A stretch of DNA of 64,000 nucleotides. It comes from Sphyrna mokarran. Taxonomy: Eukaryota. How positions within the stretch are numbered: the stretch's first letter is position 1; every line of letters starts with the position of its first letter. Where the stretch lies: the NCBI GenBank assembly GCA_024679065.1, contig JAGIQG010000043.1, forward strand, positions 2,790,001-2,854,000, in the 5' to 3' direction. Position numbers and translations under genes: made by a program. The notes beneath the pieces were generated by a model. That model ran no database searches. It had not been told where the DNA came from and saw only the letters and a list, made by a program, of their open reading frames with translations. Positions 24,916 to 35,400 of the stretch are shown one piece after another.

Positions 24916-25598
24916 CTACAAATCATGGATCTGGTTTGGGGAATAACCCACTTGAAAATGCGTGGAAAACAGCAACGACAAATCACCCCCTGCCATCATC
25001 ACCCCCTCACTTCACAAACCACCCTCACACCACCCAAACCCAATCACCACGTTTATTAGCCGTACTAAGTTATCCCTTTGAGTGCAAAGATGCGTCAGTT
25101 AGATGGATTGGCTAAGGCAAATTGCCCCTATCCGCCCAAAAATGACTAGATTAAGTGGATGATCCTTTAGTGTCCAAAGACGTGCGATTCGATACAGATA
25201 TGGAGGTGGGGCCTGGGTGGAATTGTTGTCAGTGTTCATTGGGTCGAATGACCTCCTTCTGCTCTGTAAGGATTCTACAATTCTATGATTCTGCTGATTG
25301 GTGCCTGAGGATCTTTTATCTCCCAAAAGGAGAGATTGATTGTTTCTGTTGACCATCTCTTCTGAGATATTGGAGAATAGATGACACGTGAGTGATTTGG
25401 AAGAATTAATTCCTTCAACAGAAAATTATTGTTAGTGTCATAATTAGGCTTGCATTTACACTGCAAATGAAGTTACTGTGAAAATCCCTTAGATCTTTTG
25501 CCGTATTAGCACTTTCCTGTTTGATCCGTAATTTCGCATGTCATGAGACCAGAGATCACAATTTTAACATCTTTCCCCTTTCCTTGACCGAATAGTAT

Positions 25599-25630
25599 TG
25601 CAGCCACATCCAATACTGAAGGTGGCGCTG
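25599..25630 (+). promoter_or_regulatory. Candidate CTCF site with upstream module
   Basis: TGCAG-11 nt-ACTGAAGGTGGCGCTG; weaker second core ACGTCAGGCGGTGCTG at 25683-25698. Confidence 0.45.
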
Positions 25631-27841
25631 TTGGCAGCCATTTCCTCCACACCAGTTAACTCTGATCAACACTGGAACAGTTACGTCAGGCGGTGCTGTT
25701 GACAAATACTACGTTTACATGAAATGGCTCTGTTCACAGTTACTACCAATTGAATGGTTTCTCTCAAAGAGTCACTGCATCTACCGTTGGTGAATATGTT
25801 CTAGCTCTTTGCTTAGGCAATCCTGTTCACTGTGATTCTCCCTAAAGTAGCTGAACGGTTCTATCAAATCCCTTTTACCATTTCCCCCTTTCCGGGAGAA
25901 AAAATGCAATCATCTCCACACTCTTCAGAGAACAGAAGATTCCATTCCTAGTGCTAAGATAGCAAATGGCTTCTGGGCACTTCTGACGGCCGTGATACCC
26001 TCGCTGTGGTTTTCCATTCATAATTGTGCGCAACGTCCCTTCTTTGAAATGACGAGAATTTTCACAGACTTACATATAAATTGCAGCCTGAATGTTCAAT
26101 TCCTCTGTAGAGAAACTAATTGAATATTTTTTTTACCAAATGACCCTCTCAATTCATTCTGCCAACTTCTATGTTTCAGAATCTGCAGTTCTCTATCTCT
26201 TCAATCTGTGAACCTCTTTAAGTTTTTAACCATATTCCTCACTGGTGCCTGAACTCTTCATAATGGAATGCACAACTTCGTTCTTCTGGGTTAATGTGGA
26301 TCAGCCAACTGGCTGGTTATGTCCGCCTGAAGTCAATAAGACCAGTTGACCATTAGTTGTAGGAGCAAAATTAGGCCATTTGGTCCAACGCGTCTGCTCC
26401 ACCATCCGGTCATGACTGATCGGTTTCTCATTCCATAGAAACCCTACAGTGCAGAAAGAGACCATTCAGTCCATCGAGTCCGCACCAACGACAGTCACAC
26501 CCAGGCCTGATCTCCTATTTTATCCGCTAATCCCTCTACCTACGCGTCCCACGACACAAAGGAACAATTGAGCACGGCCAATCCACCTAAACTGCAATCT
26601 TCGGATCGTGGGAAGAAACTGGAGAACAGTGAGGATACCCACGCGGACATGGGGAGAATGTGCAAACTCTGCACAGACAATGACCCGAGCTGGGAATCGA
26701 ACCCAGGTCCCTGGAGCCGTGAAACAACATCACTACAATACTCTGCTGCCCAATCCCCTGCCTTTCCGCTGTAACATTTGATTCTCTTATCAATCAAAAG
26801 CGCATGAATCTGTTAAATACATTCAGTGACCTGGCCTCCAGAGTTTTCTGTGGCAATGAATTTCACAGATTCACCACCCTCTGGCTGAAGACACTTCTCC
26901 ACATCTCAGATCTTAAGAATTGCCCCGTTACTCCGAGATGTGCTCTTGGATCCTAATCTTTCCTGCCAATTTGAAGCATCTTCTATACGTCCACTCGATC
27001 CAGGTGTTTTAGTGTTAAGCAAGTTTCAATGAGATCCCCACCACCCTCTAAACTCCATTGAGTACAAAACCATAGTTCTCAAATGCTCCTCATATTGTCC
27101 GACAGATGTAACCTTCCAGCTCCCCCATGATCATTGCATACCTCGCATATCCTCTTTTCAATAAGGCCTCTTTCCACAATGTAGGGATGCTATCGATCTT
27201 AAACCTTTTCAATAATATTTTATCCTTCCAGTAATGAGGTGACCTCAACTCCACACCATATGCTTGTTGTGGACACCTGAGTGAACCGCATTCAGATCCA
27301 CCCTCAGAACACCAACTCAGGCCCCTTTCACCCTCAAACCTCGCACTCAGGTCCACTTCTCCCTCAGACCCACAACACAGTACCCTTTTCCCTCACACTT
27401 TCCACTGCATCCCCTTCCTTGTTCGGGCCTCCTACTCAGGCCTCTTCTGGCCATGTGTCTTGGCACCGCTCGTCCAGGGAGAGCACTGGATTCTTGGCAT
27501 GGCTGTCACCTGCCACATGCACCAGCATTGGTGCAATCACCTCAAATGGAAATGTTAGCATTTAGGAATCTGGGATACTTTCTGCATATTAGGAGGAGAA
27601 CAACAAAGGAAAAAGAAAAGAACAGTGCAACGAAAGAACAGGCCCTTCGGGCCACCAAACCTGCGTGGATCTTGATCTAGAACAACCACCTCTAAGCCTT
27701 GGTTACTCGCCTGTTGATTTATCTGTCCAGACAGATAGATAGAGAAATAGATAGATAGAAATAGAGATAGACAGAGATGGAGATAGATAGAGAGAGAGAG
27801 ATAGAGAGAGAAAAAGAGAGAGAGAGAGAGTTTATGTGTGT

Positions 27842-27977
27842 NNNNNNNNNNNNNNNNNNNNNNNNNNNNNNNNNNNNNNNNNNNNNNNNNNNNNNNNNNN
27901 NNNNNNNNNNNNNNNNNNNNNNNNNNNNNNNNNNNNNNNNNNNNNNNNNNNNNNNNNNNNNNNNNNNNNNNNNNNNN
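27842..27977. other. Assembly gap next to a (GA/GATA)n microsatellite
   Basis: Run of N. Confidence 0.99.
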
Positions 27978-29262
27978 TCCGATCAATCATTGAACTCTAA
28001 CGTTTTCCCTCATTCCAATGTGATTCAATGATTGGAGGGGGGCCAATCTTCAGCATTCCGTCATTGCTCACATGTATTACAGCAGTTACTATCCACACCA
28101 TCCAACTTGTACAGTGAGGCCTTTGCCTCTTGTCCTCCCTACTTGCACCATACCCTCCTGTCTCCATCATTCCTGCCTTCACACCACGTACAGAATCCTT
28201 TTGGATTTGCGGAAAGTGGGGAAGGCCAAAGTTTTCTTTCAGTCAGAGAAGTGAACCTCCAGGTAAGTTGTACTGCACTGAGTGACACTGGCTTTTTTTA
28301 GAATCTGAACTTCCAAAACTTCCAACAAACTCTTTGCCAATTCCGAGCAAATTCCCAGGGTCATTAATGTCACCCAGTGAGATCTGGATAAGAAAGGAAG
28401 GAACAGCTGGCATGACGGCATAGTGAGCATCGTCCTTTATGCAGCTGCCTCTGTGTGTCTCAGGGCTGTGGCAGATTCTAAAATGGATTAACTGGAAACA
28501 TTTCTTGCACCTACTGCTGGGGAGCCTGACCCTTGTGTGAACTCATCCTTTCCATTCCTCTCCCTGACCTGGTGCGGGACTGTGTATGAAGGGAGTTCCC
28601 AAGAGGGGTTCCAACATCCAATACACAGTTAGAGTTTGATTGGTGTGACGTTAGCGTTTCTTTAAGAAAATATATATATATATATGTATATATATATAAA
28701 TCATGATCTCTGAAGCTCTTACAATTAGTTTTTCTCAGCTCATAGCCTTAGGTGTTGTCATTGGTAGGATGAGAAAAAAGTGTGCCGAACAAGGGTTGGT
28801 TTTAAATTGTTTTGGCGCTGTGTTACAAGCATAACCAAATGAAGTTTCTCTGTCTTCTGTTTTATTGTATTTATTCGTCAATAGAAACATTTGATGCAGC
28901 GTTATAGTCGAAGAAAAATTCATTTTATTTACAGAAAAAAATTTACAAACAATTAACAATCGCATCAGTAACTGGAGTTACAGAATATGGCATTGAAGAG
29001 TAAGGAAAACCAAGGAATTATTTAGTGTGCTACTTCACACTTGCATGGCCTTAATATTGTAGAATATCTTTCACAATGCTGAAGAAACTCATTACACATT
29101 TGACAAAATGAGCCAGTCTTTCTCATCCGTGGCCAGTATGCGAGGAACATTCAGTAGTTTGAAGCGGATGTACTTGCTCCCATGTTGATTTCCACAGGGC
29201 AGAACATACATTGGTGATTCCAGTCTCCTGTATAATACGTCACAGACAAAACTCCCCGATTC

Positions 29263-29485
29263 TCATTTCCCGATCTTCTTTTTTGACCTTTTTTCCAATG
29301 CAGCCAAATCCAGGGAGGCGTAGAGAGGTCCACCCTGAGACTGGGAAATATATTCAACAGAAATGATTAAAATAAAGGACTGTTTCCAAAAATTCATTTC
29401 AATGTATTTTATTATAATGGGTTCAATGCACTCACCTGTATTCTATGTTGCGTTTTCAAGTTCGCCTCTGTTTGACCGTGATCCC
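29263..29485 (-). CDS. Gene C last exons 29436-29485 (GDHGQTEANLKTQHRIQ) and 29263-29334 (GGPLYASLDLAALEKRSKKKIGK*)
   Basis: CAG|GTGAGT donor; phase-0 terminal exon beginning near a YASL motif, the same layout as genes A and B. Confidence 0.78.
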
Positions 29486-32400
29486 CTGTGCGTTAAGAGT
29501 TAAACTATGAATTGAAACGTCACACAAGCTATAGAATCTTTAAGGACATAGAAATATCGGTCGCCAATGACCATTGTATGTCAACAGTTTGAAGGCTACT
29601 TAATAGAGTCACAAGTAGGCTTACATTAACTCTGCAAGGAAGATACTGTAAAAATTTCCTCCTTGCCACATCCTGGCAGTTGTTTTCCTGTTCTGAGGGA
29701 GAATTTAGCATCGCCAACTCACCTGAGTAGCACATCGTTTGGACTCTGGGAAGAGCACACGGAAGGAACACACGCAAACACAGGGAGAACACGTAAACTC
29801 GCCATAGACAGATACCCAAGCCAGGAATCGAACAAAGGTCCCTGATGTTGCGGGAGTGCAGTGCGAACCACTGTGCCACCGTGCCGCTGCTTTAGGTTGC
29901 TAGGCTACAATCATTAACACACAGCCCACCTAAATTTTGTCAACACGACAGATATTCCACAATTCTTCAGAGGCAGTTAGATATGACATTGTTGGTGAAG
30001 TCGATAGGATTGCATTCACTGGGGTTTAGAAGTGTGAGAGGGAACTTCCAGGAACCTTATAAAATTCTGATAGGATTCGATAGGACAGATTGAAGATCAA
30101 TGTTCCCGATGGTTAAGGAGTCCAGAACGAGGGATAATAGTTTGAGGTTACTGGGGAATCCTTTTAGAACTAAGGTGAGGAGAAATGTTTTCACCCAGAG
30201 GGTGGTGAATACACGGATTCATTACCACAGAATATAGTTGAGGCCAAAACATGATGTAATTTCAGGAAGAAATTAGATATACGTCTTGGGACTAAAGGAA
30301 TCAAATGGTATGAGGGGATGTAGGATCAGGATGTTGAGTTTGATTATCTGCTGTGGTCAAAATGAACAGCAGAGCAGGTTCAAAGGTCCGAATGGCATAT
30401 TCCTCCTTCTAGTTTCTGTGTTAACAAATGTAGACAAACAAGTGGCAATTAACAGTTAACTGTTGCATCCTCCATAAAAGAGGCTGCAACGAATCAGTCT
30501 TTTTGCTAATCCCGGAAACAGTCTTCTCAGGAAGAAAGCATAATTGTTTCCATCACATATGTTATTCTTGTGTTGTTTTGTGCCAATGAATACAAGGTCA
30601 AAAGCCTCGATAATAGGATTTTGTTTGACAAAGTTTAAGTACTCCATTTATTGAAATTTTCTTTCAATCATGTCTCTACAGTTAACTGTCAGTACCAATC
30701 AACTGGTGCACTCATCATGAAGTCATAGTTCGTGTAGGGACACATGATGTAGGTAGAACAAGGGAAGGGGATATTAAACAGAAATTTATGGAGTTGGGGT
30801 GGAACCTTAGGACCAAAACAGACAGAGTGGTTACCTCTGGACTCTTTCCTGTGCCACGGGGTAGTTTAGAGAAGAACAGAGAGAGGGAATGTTTGAACTC
30901 GTGGCTGCGGGAATGGTGCAGGAGGGAGAGGTTCAGGTTCCTGAACAATTGGGACTCAATCTGGGATAGAGGTTAGTAGATAAGTTTATGGACGAAATGG
31001 GAATGGTTTAGGTGAGAGGGTCATTGCTTTTTCCTAATTGGTCGGCGCAGCAGAACAGGCCGAAGGGCCTGTTCTGCGCTGTAATGTTCTATGTTCATAG
31101 CAACACTTCACCAATCAATTTCCACTTCATTGTTTTTTTAATTCTGACATTTAATCGCTGCCAACATTCCAATGAAACTTACCCATTTGTCGCTCCTTAT
31201 GTCCGTCTCGCTGCCTTCTCTGGCTCAAGCTAAAATTGGATATGGGAAAAGAACATCAAACAAATGTTATATCTGGCCTATCACATCTCAGATGCTGCAC
31301 ATTGTTGAAAGTAGAATTGTCTCGAGATCTTATATAAATCATCGAAAATAGAGGAACACATCGTGGAATCAGTTTTCGGATTGAAATAGGTCTGACAAAA
31401 TATAAGATAGAGAAAGAGGGGACAATGAACAATGTTAAACTTTGCACACTGTTCTCTTACTCACGTGTCATTCCGGGATCCTATTTCTCTGTCTTCTAAA
31501 ATAGAAGAATATATGATTAGCTAATTAAAAACTGCAAAGAGGAAATCATATTGAGGAAAAAAAAAGAAATTAAAGTGTTTCAGATAACCATTAATTTTCA
31601 CCTGATCTGCAGTGTTTACAAATCCAAATGGAAATAAGGACCGATAGCAGAATCAATATGACCAGGACACTGACTCGTACAGGAACCGTCTCTCCGCACC
31701 ATTCTATAGAGAAAAAGAACACTTAGAAACTGCCACCGGTCAAATCAGTCTTCTCCGGGGTTCTCTAACCAAATTAAAAATGCAGAGTCACCAAAATAGG
31801 GGGTGGATGTGGAAAATGAAACATTGCTGGTGGGAAAGAGAGTGGAGAGTGAACACACAGAATGGAATTGATGAGACAATATTTGCTTGTGGAGATCGAT
31901 TAAATGACAGCACTGTCAGAGTTGTCCTAAATTCACAGTGTATCAGATTGTTTTAGACCATAAGATCAGGAGACACAGGATCAGAACTAGGTTACTCGGC
32001 CCATGAGTCTGCACCACCATTCCATCATGGCTGATATATTTCTCACCCCCATTCTCTTGCCTTTCCCCATACCTTACCAGGACGTTGCCTGGTATGGAGG
32101 GCAGGTCTTATGAAGAGAGGCTGAGGGATTTGAGGTTGTTTTCGTTCGAAAGGAGGTGGCTAAGTGGGGACCTTATCGAAACATATAAGATGATTAGAGG
32201 TTTAGATAGGGTGGACAGTGATAGTCTTTTTTCCAGGATGGAGAAAGCTAGCACGAGGGGACACAGCTTTAAATTAAGGGGTGATAGTTATAGGACGGAT
32301 ATCAGAGGTAGGTCCTTTACCCAAAGTGTGGTTCGGGAGTGGAATGCCCTGCCTGCGGCAGTTGTAGATGCACCAAGTTTGGTGGCGTTTAAGAGGTTAA

Positions 32401-35400
32401 TTGATAAGTATATGGAAGAGAAGGGAATGGTTTAGTTTGGAGGGTATTGCTTTTTATATTGGTCGGCAATATAAAGGCCGAAGGGCCTGTTCTGTGCTGT
32501 AATGTTCTATGTTCTATGTTCTATAACCCTGATCCCCTTATTAATCAAGAAACTATCTATCTTTGTCTTAAAGATACTCAATGAGCTGGTTTCTTCAGCC
32601 TTCAGCGGCAAAGAGCTCCAGTGATTCACCACTCTCTGCTGATTCCTTCTCATCTCTGTTTTAGAGGATCCCAACACATGAGACAATAATAAATGAAACC
32701 AACTCATAGAGTCATAGAATCATTGAGTTTACAGAATGGAAACAGGCCCTTCGGCCCATTTTTTCCACGCTATCTTTTTTATTAAATCTCTAAGCGAGTC
32801 CCAGTTGCTCACATGTGGCCCATCTCCCTCTATATTCTTCGTACGCATGTAACTATCTAAATGTATTTTTCCAAGATAAAATTGTACCCCACTCTAATAC
32901 TATCTCTAGCAGCTTGTTCCAGACAATCACCACCCTCTGTTTGACAAAATTGTCCCCCTGGATGCATTTGTATATGTTCCCTGTCATCTAAAACCTATGC
33001 CCTCAATTTTTTGACTCCCCTATCTTTGGGAAAATATATTGACTATTTACCGGACCAGTGTCCCCTCATTATTTAACAGACTTCTCTGAAGTGACCACTC
33101 AGCCCCCTACGCTCCAGTAAAAAAAAAGTCCCAGTCTACCCAGCCTTTCCTTATAACTCAATCCATCAAGTCCCAGTAACATCCTACTGAATCTTTTCTG
33201 CACTCTTTTTAGTTTAGTCTATGTACTCTAAGAAAGATATGTTTGACATTTATTGCGTGCAGGAAACAATAATTTTCACAGTATCACAAATGTATGTGAC
33301 AACAATAAATCAAATCAAATCTATATAATCCTTGAACTGTATTCTTTATCTTTCAAACGCACGAGAAATAACACTTCCTGCATTATCCCAATACATGTGA
33401 CAATAATAAATCAAACCAAGTCAAATCAAGTTAATGGGGACTGATATTTAACTGTCTTTCATGCCGTCATTGTTACTTTTTCCAATTTATTTAAATTGAT
33501 GCCCTCCTGGTTCTCGGCCCTTTCCGCCTTTGTGAATCGGTTCATCTTCGTTGCTCTGTCCAGACAATTCAGGATTATAAACACATTTCTCACATCTCCT
33601 CTTAACCTTCAGCTATTACAGGGAACTAACTCTTGCTTTTCCACTCCATCCAGTTGACTGAAGTGCCTCATTTTTATGACCATTTAGTGAATAGTTATTT
33701 TTTCTCTGCACTCTCTTCATATTCATTATAAATTGCGTTGCCAGTAACTGTTCACAATTAAGACAGAATCAGAATCCTGCGAAATGTTGCTGTTCATTTG
33801 AGGTGTTATTGTTGTCATATCTGTTGATATGTAATGAAACATATTGTTTCTTGCACTCTAAACATACAACACATATATTTCACAACGTACATTGATTTGA
33901 TTTGATGTGGTTTGATTTATTCTTGTCACACCTATTGGGATACAGTGAAAAAAACATTCTCTCTTGCACGCTACACAGACAAGACATACCGTTCATAGAT
34001 TACATAGGGGAGAAATAAATGTGAGGATGCAGAATATATTGTCCCCTTCACAACTCGGGTGCAGTGAAAGATCAGTTTGATATAAGGTAAAAGCAAAATA
34101 CTGCGGATCCTGGAACCTGAAAGAAATATAGAAAAAACTGGAAGATCTCAGCAGGTCTGACAGCGTCTGAGGGGACAGAATAGAGCCAACGTTTCGAGTC
34201 TAGATAACTTTTCGAGGGAGCTTTGAAGAAGGATCGTCTAGACTCGGAATGTTGGCTCAAATCTCTACCCACAGATGCTGTCAGAACTTCTGAGATTTTC
34301 CAGCATTTTCTGGTTTGGTATAACGACTTAAGGCAGCAAGGGAGAAGCTGCTCTTCCGTCTGTTTGTACGTGATTTCAAACTTTGGTATCATTTCCCCGA
34401 TGAAAGAAGGTAGAAGAGATAATGTCCGGGCTGAGTGGAGTCCTTGATTATGTTGACAGCTTCTCTAAGCCAGTGAGAAGTGTAGATTTACTTCACTCCT
34501 TTTCGATTCTGTGACTCGATTTCGACCATCTGGATCCTCTATGTTTTCCTAACAGCCTGACTTCTCCAATGATTTGGAGGTGGCAGCATAGTGGTACACT
34601 GTTTCGCAGTGTTGTCTCACAGGGCCAGGGAACCTCGTTCGATTCCTGCCTTGGGTGCCTGTCTCTGTGGAGTTAACACATTTCCCCCTCTCTCTATATG
34701 ACTTTCCTTCGGCTGCTCTGCTTTCCTCCCACAGTCCAAAAATGGACAAGTTAGTTGAATTGCCCCTTAGTGTCCATCAATGTGTGGTTTCGTTGGGTTG
34801 GCCAAGCTAAATTACCCCTTAGTGTGCAGCAATGTGCCGATTAGTTGGATTGGCCATTCTAAATTGCCCCTTAGTGTCCAGCAATGCGTGGTTTGGAATG
34901 ATTGGCCACGCTAAATTGCCCTGTAGTTGTTCAGAATGTGCATATTGGATGGATTTGCCATGCTAAACTGCCCCTTAGCATCCCAAGGTGCGTCGGTTTT
35001 AGGGGGATTCGCGGCTCAGTACGGGGGTTACGGGAATGGGGCTTGGGTAAGAAGAGTCAGTGAGGACTTGATGAGGTAAATGTCCTCCTTCTTCATTTAG
35101 GATTGTATGATTTCAATAGATTTACGGTCAGGTAATTATTTTCCGAGAGATGAAAGAGTTGGAATCGTTTCCAACAATCCAAATTCAACATTTGCTCTTA
35201 ATTCATATAAAAGAGAAACAATGGGAAGAGCTCATCCAGTCAATCCCTAGAGCGTACTGCCAAATGATCATGGGGGATTAATAATGATTTATAATGTTAC
35301 TGACATGAGGATGGAAAATTTAAATATAACTGTTATGTGAGGAGGTAGATATAGATTGATTAATAGCCTTCCTGGAGCAAAGTGAGGTAAATTAATTCAC

